From Squalus acanthias (lineage: Eukaryota): 64,000 bases of DNA. Each line of letters starts with the position of its first letter. The stretch's first letter is position 1. This document shows, in pieces, positions 52,201-61,200 of this stretch. The notes beneath the pieces were generated by a model, which worked only from the letters and a program-made list of their open reading frames with translations, had not been told where the DNA came from and ran no database searches. A program made the position numbers and the translations under genes. The stretch is taken from assembly GCA_030390025.1 (NCBI GenBank), contig JASTWF010001532.1:1-64000 (forward strand). Direction: 5' to 3'.

Positions 52201-55200
52201 GACCAAAACTGCACACAATACTCAAGGTGTGGTCTCACCAAGGCCCTGTACAACTGCAGCAAGAACATCCTTCCTCAGATAAGGAGGGGTGAAGTATTCT
52301 TCTAAGGTTATTTCCCTTGCCTGTACCAATGTGTTCCCCAACCTGTGTTTAAGCATTAAGAGTGTTTTAAGTTTGTTACCTTTTTCTTTTAATAAAGTCA
52401 AAATTCTTTCATCAGAACCTGTTGTCTACTACATCTTTGTTCACAACCCCTAAATAAGTCCAAGGTCTAGAACCAGGAGCGTGGGAGCGATTCGACCCGC
52501 TCACTGAGTCAGAGGTGAGGCTGACCCCTACACACCACCCCCTACACATGGACGGGCCACATCGTCCGCATGCCCGATGCGAGACTCCCAAAACAAGCGC
52601 TCTACTCGGAGCTCCGGCACGGCAAGAGAGGCCCAGGTGGGCAGAGGAAACGCTTCAAGGACACCCTCAAAGCCTCCTTGGAAAAAGTGTAACATCCCCC
52701 ACCGACCCCTGGGAATCCCTGGCCCAAGACCAGAGCACAAAGTGGAGGAGAAGCATCCGGGAAGGGGCCGAACACCTCGAGTCTCTTCGCCGGGAGCGAG
52801 TGGAAGCCAAGCGCAGGCAGCGCAAGGAGCGCACGTCAACCCAAGCACCCCACCCACCTGCCCCTTCAACCACCGTCTGCCCCACCTGTGACAGAGACTG
52901 TCGGTCCCGCATTGGACTCATCAGTCACCTGAGAACTCATTCTTAATGTGGAAGCAAGTCATCCTCGGTTCCGAGGGACTGCCTCAGAAGAAGAGGTCGT
53001 GGTCCAGACAGATCGGGCGGTGAATGGCTGAACCAGTTGTCCACCATACCCGTTCAAGTCTGCTGCCTTTCATTACAAGAGGATTTGAGTGCAGGAGTAA
53101 AGAAGTCTTACTCCAATTATACAGGGCCTTGGTGAGACCACACCTGGAGTATTGTGTACAATTTTGGTCTCCTTACCTAAGGAAGGATATACTTGCCATA
53201 GAGGGAGTGCAACGAAGGTTCACGAGATTGATTCCTGGGATGGCGGGACTGTGGTATGAGAAGAGATTGAGTAAACTGGGCCTGTATTCTCTTGAATTCA
53301 GAAGAATGAGAGGGGATCTCATTGAAGTATACAAAATTACTACAGGGCTTGATAGGGTGGATGCTGGGAGAATGTTTCCCCTTGGCTGGGGAGTTTGGAA
53401 CCAGGGGCCACTGCCTCAGGATAAAGGGTAGGCCATTCAGGACTGAGATGAGAAGAAATGTCTTCACACAGAGGGTGGTGAATCTTGGGAATTCTCTACC
53501 CCAGAGGGCTGTGGAGGCTCAGTCATTGGGTATATTACATAGAAACATAGAAGATAGGAGCAGGAGTAGGCCATTCGGCCCCTCGAGCCTACTCCGCCAT
53601 TCAATGCAATCATGGCTGATCATCCAAACTCAGTACCCTGTCCCTGCTTCCTCTCCATATCCCTTGATCCCTTTAGCCTTAAGAAATATATCTAACTCCT
53701 TCTTGAATATATTTAACGAATTGGCCTCTACTGCCTTCAGTGGTAGAGAATTCCACAGGTTCACCACTCTCTGGGTGAAGAAATTCCTCCTCATCTCAGT
53801 CCTAAATGGCTTACCCCTTATCCTTAGACTGTGACCCCTGGTTCTGGACTCCCCCGCCATCGGGAACATCCTTCCTGCATCTAGTCTGTCTAGTCCTGTT
53901 AGAATTCAAAACAGAAGTCGATAGACTTCTGACTAGTAAGGGCAACAAGGGATATGGCGATAGGGCCGGTGATTGGAGTTGAGGCAGAAGATCGGCCATG
54001 AACTCATTGGCTCGAAGGGCCGAATGGCCTACTCCTCATGTTCTTCAGTCCTGCCCTCAACTTCAGGCAGAAGTCACTTATTCGAGAATCAGGCCCAGGA
54101 AGCCCAGGGCTGACTTTGATTCACCCCCTCCTAAACCCAGAGAGCACTGAAGGCAATTGGGTCCCCCTTACCCCACTACCCAACCCAGGGGAGATCAGTC
54201 TGAAGGATGGAGCCTGGGCCTTTCCTGCTGTGTGTGGGGGTGTGGAGGGAATTTAAATGCACGAGGTTAATATGTATATAGAGCTCACCGACAGCTTCGA
54301 AGATGATCAGCTCCTTATCCTCCTCACGAACCTCATAGTCAGTCCAGGTAGAAGTCTGTTCATCTTCAGTGACACTCACGTTGCGAAGGACCAGCAAGGC
54401 CTTGTCCCGCGAAAAGCCCCCACCAATGGTAGTCAGTCGACCCCCACTTTCCTCCACATACCAGCAGTCCAGCACCAAATCCACAGCTTGACGCAACGGA
54501 AGAACTTCAGACTCCCCTCGTAGCCTCGAGACTTGAGGGCAAGGAACATTCAACGGGTTAGATACAGAGTAAAGCTCCCTCTACACTGTCCCATCAAACA
54601 CTCCCAGGGCAGGTACAGCACGGGGTTAGATACAGAGTAAAGCTCCCTCTGCACTGTCCCCATCAAACACTCCCAGGGCAGGTACAGCACGGGTTAGATA
54701 CAGAGTAAAGCTCCCTCTACACTGTCCCATCAAACACTCCCAGGGCAGGTACAGCACGGGGTTAGATACAGAGTAAAGCTCCCTCTGCACTGTCCCATCA
54801 AACACTCCCAGGGCAGGTACAGCACGGGTTAGATACAGAGTAAAGCTCCCTCTACACTGTCCCATCAAACACTCCCAGGGCAGGTACAGCACGGGTTAGA
54901 TACAGAGTAAAGCTCCCTCTACAATGCCCCATCAAACACTCCCAGGGCAGGTACAGCACGGAGTTAGATACAGAGTAAAGCTCCCTCTACACTGTCCCAT
55001 CAAACACTCCCAGGGCAGGTACAGCACGGGTTAGATACAGAGTAAAGCTCCCTCTACACTGTCCCATCAAACACTCCCAGAGCAGGTACAGCACGGGTTA
55101 GATACAGAGTACAGCTCCCTCTACACTGTCCCATCAAACACTCCCAGGGCAGGTACAGCACGGGTTAGATACAGAGTAAAGCTCCATCTACACTGTCCCA

Positions 55201-55810
55201 TCAAACACTCCCAGGGCAGGTACAGCACGGGTTAGATACAGAGTAAAGCTCCCTCTACACTGTCCCATCAAACACTCCCAGGGCAGGTACAGCACGGGTT
55301 AGATACAGAGTAAAGCTCCCTCTACACTGTCCCATCAAACACTCCCAGGGCAGGTACAGCATGGGTTAGATACAGAGTAAAGCTCCCTCTACACTGCCCC
55401 ATCAAACACTCCCAGGGCAGGTACAGCATTGGTTAGATACAGAGTAAAGCTCCCCCTACACTGTCCCCATCAAACACTCCCAGGGCAGGTACAGCATTGG
55501 TTAGATACAGAGTAAAGCTCCCTCTACACTGTCCCATCAAACACTCCCAGGGCAGGGACAGCACGGGTTAGATACAGAGTAAAGCTCCCTCTACACTGTC
55601 CCATCAAACACTCCCAGGACAGGTACAGCATGGGTTAGATACAGAGTAAAGCTCCCCCTACACTGTCCCCATCAAACACTCCCAGGGCAGGTACAGCATT
55701 GGTTAGATACAGAGTAAAGCTCCCTCTACACTCTCCCATCAAACACTCCCAGAGGTAGACAAGAGTTTCTCACCCAGAATAAGCAGGAGACAGAGGATTG
55801 TAAGGTGCAT
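13214..55810 (-). CDS. TAPBPL: Tapasin-related protein (TAPBPR), full gene model: join of 55774-55810, 54289-54531, 40551-40835, 39256-39591, 19875-20204, 16371-16475, 13516-13544, 13214-13228 (1380 nt, 459 aa)
   Basis: All exons are bounded by GT/AG with compatible phases (1,1,1,1,1,1,0) and the frame stays open. Domain order is signal peptide, N-domain (DCWYVEE..., LLHADCEGQEVACEIS), IgV-like (LDCGF, VEWRLQHKG, DEGTYIC), IgC1 (LACEVSRYYP, DGTFNLS, YTCEVSH), TM and short tail. The LLHADC motif and the neighbouring SCNN1A point to TAPBPR rather than tapasin. Confidence 0.9.
13516..13544 (-). CDS. TAPBPL: TAPBPR putative exon 7, 29-nt cytoplasmic mini-exon (GPPNGAGQET)
   Basis: Strong acceptor tttcccctctctttcttccaacag| and donor ACG|GTGGGT; phase 1 in, phase 0 out. 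Confidence 0.6.
13680..13980 (-). mobile_element. Old tRNA-derived SINE-like element; related pieces at ~13085-13130, 40465-40515, 54050-54230 and 56180-56475
   Basis: Shared head caggaaaggcccaggctc(c/a)atc...ggcctgtgctgagttagcc with a B-box-like core; diverged bodies. Confidence 0.5.
13984..16345. repeat. 33-35-bp minisatellite (~70 copies), TAPBPR intron 6
   Basis: Unit ccctgatggagagactccctctttaaaaggggt. Confidence 0.95.
16371..16475 (-). CDS. TAPBPL: TAPBPR exon 6, transmembrane segment
   Basis: Acceptor tcccccttgcag|; GSKEGSQSALYGSLIASVLFLLAIMHFCRETPKQA (a different frame from ORF 16122..16481); donor CAG|GTAAG; 105 nt. Confidence 0.88.
16630..19866. repeat. 65-66-bp minisatellite (~49 copies), TAPBPR intron 5
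   Basis: Unit ggggattaaccctctcacccacctcctcccagttacagacaccgggcagcctgttccctatcgga. Confidence 0.95.
19875..20204 (-). CDS. TAPBPL: TAPBPR exon 5, IgC1 domain
   Basis: Acceptor tttttctttcag|; ESPQVRL...LACEVSRYYPLEASVKW...DGTFNLS...YTCEVSHISL; donor G|GTAAG; 330 nt. Confidence 0.93.
20249..39235. repeat. 47-48-bp satellite (~400 assembled copies) filling TAPBPR intron 4
   Basis: Unit gggagatatctgtacactgactggtgtctctcagtccctctctctca. Confidence 0.97.
22731..22930. other. Assembly gap (200 N)
   Basis: Run of N inside the satellite; true array length is unknown. Confidence 1.
39256..39591 (-). CDS. TAPBPL: TAPBPR exon 4, IgV-like domain
   Basis: Acceptor attccccag|; VDFLVYTRTP...LDCGF...VEWRLQHKGSG...DEGTYICIV...AQQTILVEVM; donor G|GTGCGT; 336 nt. 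Confidence 0.93.
39637..40452. repeat. 46-bp minisatellite (~18 copies), TAPBPR intron 3
   Basis: Unit cccttcccattcactcccactgtacacaatcccaatggacccaaac. Confidence 0.95.
40551..40835 (-). CDS. TAPBPL: TAPBPR exon 3, N-terminal domain
   Basis: Acceptor cttccccccacag|; VSEVSIPDGELLLHADCEGQEVACEISSF...GTVGIS; donor G|GTATT; 285 nt. Confidence 0.9.
40955..42895 (+). mobile_element. Second Deu-domain SINE remnant with the same 33-bp unit amplified ~54 times
   Basis: cactgtcggaggggcagtactgagggagcgctg array running into ctctcaggtggatgtaaaagatccc...cagattatctggtcat. Confidence 0.8.
42896..43090 (+). mobile_element. Possible Gypsy LTR 3' end and primer-binding site
   Basis: ...gattaca followed closely by tggcgac, upstream of the gag fragments. 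Confidence 0.4.
43092..44044 (+). mobile_element. MITE / non-autonomous DNA transposon with an internal 62-bp x4 duplication
   Basis: Left TIR gggccaaaaattcgg, degenerate right end, AT-rich centre; homologous to 47515-49189. Confidence 0.7.
44359..45142 (+). mobile_element. 5'-truncated CR1 LINE
   Basis: ORF2 C-terminus and tail. Confidence 0.95.
45240..46020 (+). mobile_element. 5'-truncated CR1 LINE with a 15-bp flanking direct repeat (gaaccccaccatcac)
   Basis: ORF2 C-terminus and tail; same 5' junction as the previous copy. Confidence 0.95.
46130..46452 (+). mobile_element. CR1 3' fragment
   Basis: FFTQRVVNLWNSLP and 3' UTR. Confidence 0.9.
46548..47290 (+). mobile_element. CR1 LINE inserted in the gag remnant
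   Basis: RDLGVLVHETQK...RPHLEYCVQFWSP and 3' UTR. Confidence 0.92.
47515..49189 (+). mobile_element. MITE with perfect 15-bp TIRs, interrupted by a CR1
   Basis: GGGCCAGAAATTCGG (47515-47529) and CCGAATTTCTGGCCC (49175-49189). Confidence 0.8.
47786..48700 (-). mobile_element. CR1 LINE nested in the MITE
   Basis: ORF 48046..48624 and a 3' tail near 47790. Confidence 0.9.
49525..50628 (-). mobile_element. Cluster of CR1 3' fragments (49525-49725, 49735-50045, 50350-50628) with a CA-rich tract at 50047-50167
   Basis: Two copies of tttattgccc...cttgagaaggtggtggtgagcc...ttcttgaaccgctgcagtcc, plus a standard CR1 3' end. Confidence 0.8.
50778..52532 (+). mobile_element. Probable solo LTR interrupted by an antisense CR1 (51666-52285)
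   Basis: Ends TGTAAGGG...CCCCTACA; AATAAA at 52391; non-coding; near-match 4-bp flanks gacc/cacc. Confidence 0.45.
51666..52285 (-). mobile_element. 5'-truncated CR1 LINE
   Basis: ORF2 C-terminus and tail. Confidence 0.92.
52547..52995 (+). mobile_element. RTE-clade LINE 3' end
   Basis: W.GHIVRMPDARLPKQALYSEL...GGQRKRFKDTLKASL; C-terminal C2H2 CPTCDRDCRSRIGLISHLRTH; AGA-repeat tail. Confidence 0.85.
53060..54045 (+). mobile_element. CR1 LINE (+) interrupted by an antisense CR1 3' end (~53537-53905)
   Basis: The plus copy breaks at gggtatatt| and resumes at |caaaacagaagtcgatag. Confidence 0.88.
54289..54531 (-). CDS. TAPBPL: TAPBPR exon 2, N-terminal domain including the editing (scoop) loop
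   Basis: VSRLRGESEVLPLRQAVDLVLDCWYVEESGGRLTTIGGGFSRDKALLVLRNV...LIIFEAV. Acceptor ccctcaag| is weak (AAG) and an in-frame alternative lies 15 nt downstream. Donor G|GTGAG. Confidence 0.88.
54554..55750. repeat. 67-bp satellite (~18 copies) filling TAPBPR intron 1
   Basis: Same unit and orientation as 7414-8211. Confidence 0.95.
55774..55810 (-). CDS. TAPBPL: TAPBPR exon 1, signal peptide (MHLTILCLLLIL)
   Basis: ATG with A at -3, hydrophobic leader, phase-1 donor G|GTGAG; not in the ORF track because it is short. Confidence 0.8.
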
Positions 55811-55896
55811 TATCCCGGGATCTTGCGAGCAGGAGGTCTTGTATCCGATCTCGATGCAATCGGTGGGGTGAAGAATCGAAGGACAGCTTCATTTTT

Positions 55897-55908
55897 GCTT
55901 TCGCTTTG
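55897..55908 (-). promoter_or_regulatory. IRF-E/ISRE-like element upstream of the TAPBPR start codon
   Basis: CAAAGCGAAAGC fits AAASYGAAASY about 90 nt upstream of the ATG; a second similar site AAAACGGAAAGC at 56095-56106. Confidence 0.55.
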
Positions 55909-56496
55909 TGTACACAGGAAGCACAGGCCTGTTCGGTTCTGGGACCCGTGCCAAATTTCTCGCTGCTTTTAAAGGCTGGTGTTTAACTATTTCTCGCCCG
56001 TTCTAAACCATCACACCTCCTCCCTACTGCCCCCTCGGAAAGATCAGAGGTTTGTGGGGTTACGGGTATTACCGGTAACGAGCGACCCCCTCCAGCTTTC
56101 CGTTTTAACCGTCTGTCAGCCCCAAGCGAGGCGCGCCGGCTGGCTATTCGACTGCAGTGTGCATCACATAAAATCCTGTCCTCCCCCCCCAAGCACCCTG
56201 GCTGGGGTAACTGGGCGGGGATCAGGTGCAGGGACCCCCCCGCGCTCACTCTTATTCACCCCGTCCTGAACCCAGTGGGCACCGAGGCACTTTTTGGCCC
56301 CTAACCCCGCTTTGCAACTGATCCGGGTGGGATCAGGCTCACTCAGCGCAGGCCGGGGATGGAGCCTGGGCCTTTCCTGCTCTGTGTGTGTGTGTGTGGG
56401 GCCCAGTACCACACCGGGTGTGAGATCAGGCTAACTCAGCACAGGCCGGGGATTGAGCCTGGGCCTTTCCTGCTCTGTGTGTGTGTGTGTGTGTGG

Positions 56497-57520
56497 GGAT
56501 TGGGAGATGGGCGGGGGGGTGGGTGAGATGGGGGGGGAGGGGAAATGGTGGAGATAGGGGAGGGGGAGATGATTGGAGGGTAGATGGGGAGGGGGAGATA
56601 GGGGGGAGGGGAGATGGGGGAGGGGAGATGGGAGATGGGGGAGGGGGACATTGTGGGATGGGGGCATTGGAGGAGGGGGAGACGGGGAGGGGGATGGGGG
56701 AAATGGAGTTGGGGAGACGGGGAGGAGGGAGATGGGGAAATCGGGAGAGGGAGATAGGGGAGTGGGAGCGGACTGGAGGGGAGATGGGGGAGTGGGAGAT
56801 GATTGGAGGGGAGATGGATGGGGAGATGGGAGATGGGGAGGGGGAGATGGGGAGAGGGGGAGAGGGGGAGGTGGATATGGGGAGAGGGGGATATGGGGAG
56901 TTGGGGATATGGGGAGGAGGGAGGGGGAGATGGGGAGGAGGGAGAGGGGGAGGGGGAGATGGGGAGAGGGGGAGGTGGGGAGAGGGGGAGGTGGGGAGAG
57001 GGGGATATGGGGAGAGGGGGATATGGGGAGTTGGGGATATGGGGAGGAGGGAGGGGGATATGGGGAGGATGGAGGGGGAGATGGGGAGGAGGGAGAGGGG
57101 GAGGTGGGAGATGGGGAGAGGGGATGGGGAGGGGGGAGGGGGAGAGGGGAGATGGGGAGGAGGGAGGGGGAGATGGAGAGGGGGATGGGGAGGGGGAGGG
57201 GGAGATGGGGAGGGGGAGGGGAGATGGGGGATGGGGAGGGGGGAGGGGGAGATGGAGAGGGGAGAGGGGGGATGGGGAGGGGGAGATGGGGAGGAGGGAG
57301 GGGGAGAGTGGAGATGGGGAGGGGGAGAGGGAGATGGGGAGTAGGGGGAGATGGGGAGGAGGCAGGGGGAGGAGGGAGGGAGATGGGGAGGAGGAGGGGA
57401 GAGGGGAGATGGGGAGGGGGAGGGGAGATGGGGGAGGGGAGATGGGGAGGAGGGAGGGGGAGGTGGGGAGAGGGGGAGGAGGGAGGGGGTGCGGAGTGGA
57501 GGGGGGGAGGGAGATTGGGT
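56497..57520. repeat. Polypurine (G/A on + strand) low-complexity tract
   Basis: GGGGAGAT(G)-type runs with almost no C. Confidence 0.9.
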
Positions 57521-57789
57521 GGAAGATTACAGGACACCAGCCCAGATACCTCTCGAGGCCCAAGTGTCTCCAGTTTTAACTCTAATGTCCCTCCAACAGC
57601 CAGACTTGGTACGGCCCCCTTAAAATCCATGCCCCCTTCCTCCCTTTTCCCCCCTCAATCGATCTCCGGTTTCGAGTGCTGGAAGGGTTCGGGTGCCGTT
57701 CCCCTTGCTCATCCTCACCGGTTATCAGTGATCAGAAATCCCGACACACGAGGCCCGGAGAAGAAAATCGCTGAAACAACTCACGACGT

Positions 57790-57795
57790 TTTATT
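57790..57795 (-). terminator. Putative poly(A) signal of SCNN1A
   Basis: AATAAA on the minus strand followed by U/GU-rich sequence; first such signal seen downstream of the stop. Confidence 0.55.
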
Positions 57796-57882
57796 GACCG
57801 TGCTGTATTTGTAAATGAGCCGACAGGTCTACAGTATCAACTACAGCCGGTTCATTAACTCCAAGGCCGCAAACCAGACCAG

Positions 57883-57949
57883 GTTGCCATGGTAACCCCG
57901 AGTAGACCGAAGCCTTCACCACTAAAGGTCGGCAGGTTGCCATGGTAAC
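57883..57949. promoter_or_regulatory. Two RFX X-box-like near-palindromes in a short direct duplication
   Basis: GTTGCCATGGTAAC at 57883-57896 and 57936-57949. Confidence 0.5.
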
Positions 57950-58272
57950 CCCCCCCCCGAGTAGGCCGAAGCCTTCACCACTAAGGGATGCCGGTCGCCA
58001 AGGGCGTCTACAGGCTCAGGCTGTCATTTTACTACATTTTGGTCCCGAAACAATGGCTGTGTTGACTTCAGTCATTTGAATTACACAGAAACCCGAAAAG
58101 CAGGTGCCAAATAGATGCTTCATCTTTCACCCTGCGCTTCCGACAGCTTCCATTGTAGGTCGGCCGGAGATGGCTGTTATTTTCCCTTCTTTTTACTCAG
58201 TTCCTGTGCCGAAAATCTTCTCCGACAGTGACCTTGATTGCTGTTAATCTCCTGGATCTAGGGTTCTGCTGG

Positions 58273-61200
58273 CGGGGGAGGAGTCCCATAGTTTGGGGGG
58301 TGAGAAGTCCCCACAGTTTGTGGGGGTGAGGAGTCCCCACAGTTTGGGGGTGAGGAGTCCCCACAGTTTGGGGGGGTGAGGAGTCCCCACAGTTTGGGGG
58401 GTGAGGAGTCCCCACAGTTTGGGGGGTGAGGAGTCCCACAGTTTGGGGGGTGAGGAGTCTCCACAGTTTGGGGGGCGAGGAGTCCCCACAGTTTGGGGGG
58501 CGAGGAGTCCCCACAGTTTGGGGGGTGAGGAATCCCCACAGTTTGGGGGGGTGAGGAGTCCCACAGTTTGGGGGGTGAGGAGTCCCACAGTTTGGGGGGT
58601 AAGGAGTCCCCACAGTTTGGGGAGTGTGAGGAGTCCCCACAGTTTGGGGGGTGAGGAGTCCCACAGTTTGGGGGGTGAGGGGAGTCCCACAGTTTGGGGG
58701 GTGAGGAGTCCCCTCAGTTTGGGGGGTGAGGACTCCCCACAGTTTGGGGGGTGAGGAGTCCCACAGTTTGGGGGGTGAGGAGTCCCCACAGTTTTGGGAG
58801 TGAGGAGACCCACAGTTTGGGGGGTGAGGGGAGTCCCACAGTTTGGGGGGTGAGGAGTCCCACAGTTTGAGGGGTGAGGAGTCCACACAGTTTGGGGGGT
58901 GAGGGGAGTCCCACAGTTTGGGGGGTGAGGAGTCCCCACAGTTTGAGGGGTGAGGAGTCCCACAGTTTGGGGAGTGTGAGGAGTCCCCACAGTTTGGGGG
59001 GTGAGGAGTCCCACAGTTTGGGGGGTGAGGGGAGTCCCACAGTTTGGGGGGTGAGGAGTCCCCTCAGTTTGGGGGGTGAGGACTCCCCACAGTTTGGGGG
59101 GTGAGGAGTCCCACAGTTTGGGGGGTGAGGAGTCCCCACAGTTTGGGGAGTGAGGAGACCCACAGTTTGGGGGGTGAGGGGAGTCCCACAGTTTGGGGGG
59201 TGAGGAGTCCCACAGTTTGAGGGGTGAGGAGTCCACACAGTTTGGGGGGTGAGGGGAGTCCCACAGTTTGGGGGGTGAGGAGTCCCCACAGTTTGGGGGG
59301 TGAGGAGTCCCCACAGTTTGAGGGGTGAGGAGTCCCACAGTTTGGGGGGTGAGGAGTCCCCACAGTTTGGTGGGGTGAGGAGTCCCCACAGTTTGGGGAG
59401 TGAGGAGTCCCCACAGTTTGGGGGGTGAGGAGTCCCACAGTTTGGGGAGTGTGAGGAGTCCCCACAGTTTGGAGGGTGAGGAGTCCCATAATTTGGGGGG
59501 TGAGGAGTCCCCACAGTTTGGGGGGGTGAGGAGTCCCCACAGTTTGGGGGTGAGGAGTCCCACAGTTTGGGGGGTGAGGGGAGTCCCACAGTTTGGGGGG
59601 TGAGGAGTCCCCACAGTTTGGGGGGTGAGGAGTCCCACAGTTTGGGGGGTGAGGGGAGTCCCTCAGTTTGGGGGGTGAGGAGTCCCCTCAGTTTGGGGGG
59701 TGAGGACTCCCCACAGTTTGGGGGGTGAGGAGTCCCCACAGTTTGGGGAGTGAGGAGTCCCACAGTTTGGGGGGTGAGGAGTCCCACAGTTTGAGGGGTG
59801 AGGAGTCCACACAGTTTGGGGGGTGAGGGGAGTCCCACAGTTTGGGGGGTGAGGAGTCCCCACAGTTTGAGGGGTGAGGAGTCCCACAGTTTGGGGGTTG
59901 AGGAGTCCCCCAGTTTGGAGGGTGAGGAGTCCCGACAGTTTGGGGAGCGTGAGGAGTCCCCACAGTTTGGGGTGAGGAGTCCCACAGTTTGGGGGGTGAG
60001 GAGTCCCCACAGTTTGGGGGGGTGAGGAGTCCCCACAGTTTGGGGGGTGAGGAGTCCCCACAGTTTGGGGGGTGAGGAGTCCCACAGTTTGGGGAGTGTG
60101 AGGAGTCCCCACAGTTTGGGGGGTGAGGAGTCCCATAATTTGGGGGGTGAGGAGTCCCCACAGTTTGGGGGGTGAGGAGTCCCCACAGTTTGGGGGGTGA
60201 GGAGTCCCCAGAGTTTGGGGGGTGAGGAGTCCCACAGTTTGGGGGGTGAGGGGAGTCCCACAGTTTGGGGGGTGAGGAGTCCCCACAGTTTGCGGAGTGA
60301 GGAGTCCCACAGTTTGGGGGGTGAGGAGTCCCCACAGTTTTGGGGGGTGAGGAGTCCCCACAGTTTGGGGGGTGAGGAGTCCCACAGTTTGGGGGGTGAG
60401 GAGTCCCACAGTTTGGGGGGTGAGGAGTCCCACAGTTTGGGGGGTGAGGCATCCCACAGATTGGGGGGTGAGGAGTCCCACAGTTTGGGGGGTGAGGAGT
60501 CCCCACAGTTTGGGGGGGTGAGGAGTCCCCACAGTTTTGGGGGGTGAGGAGTCCCCACAGTTTGGGGGGTGAGGAGTCCCACAGTTTGGGGGGTGAGGAG
60601 TCCCACAGTTTGGGGGGTGAGGAGTCCCACAGTTTGGGGGGTGAGGCGTCCCACAGATTGGGGGGTGAGGAGTCCCACAGTTTGGGGGGTGAGGAGTCCC
60701 CACAGTTTGGGGGGTGAGGAGTCCCCAGAGTTTGGGGGGTGAGGAGTCCCACAGTTTGGGGGGTGAGGAGTCCCCACAGTTTGGGGGGTGAGGAGTCCCC
60801 AGAGTTTGGGGGGTGAGGAGTCCCACAGTTTGGGGGGTGAGGGGAGTCCCACAGTTTGGGGGGTGAGGAGTCCCCACAGTTTGCGGAGTGAGGAGTCCCA
60901 CAGTTTGGGGGGTGAGGAGTCCCCACAGTTTTGGGGGGTGAGGAGTCCCCACAGTTTGGGGGGTGAGGAGTCCCACAGTTTGGGGGGTGAGGAGTCCCAC
61001 AGTTTGGGGGGTGAGGAGTCCCACAGTTTGGGGGGTGAGGCGTCCCACAGTTTGGGGGGTGAGGCGTCCCACAGATTGGGGGGTGAGGAGTCCCACAGTT
61101 TGGGGGGTGAGGAGTCCCACAGTTTGGGGAGGTGAGGAGTCCCCACAGTTTGGGGGGTGAAGAGTCCCCAGAGTTTGGGGGGTGAGGAGTCCCACAGTTT

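Noticed and set aside
13214-55810. Classical tapasin (TAPBP) or an MHC/Ig chain
   Set aside because: LLHADC motif, long N-terminal loop, no TM lysine, no KKxx tail and SCNN1A linkage favour TAPBPR.
56431-57814. Pro-rich and Gly-rich ORFs (also 10331-11421)
   Set aside because: Low-complexity purine/pyrimidine tracts.
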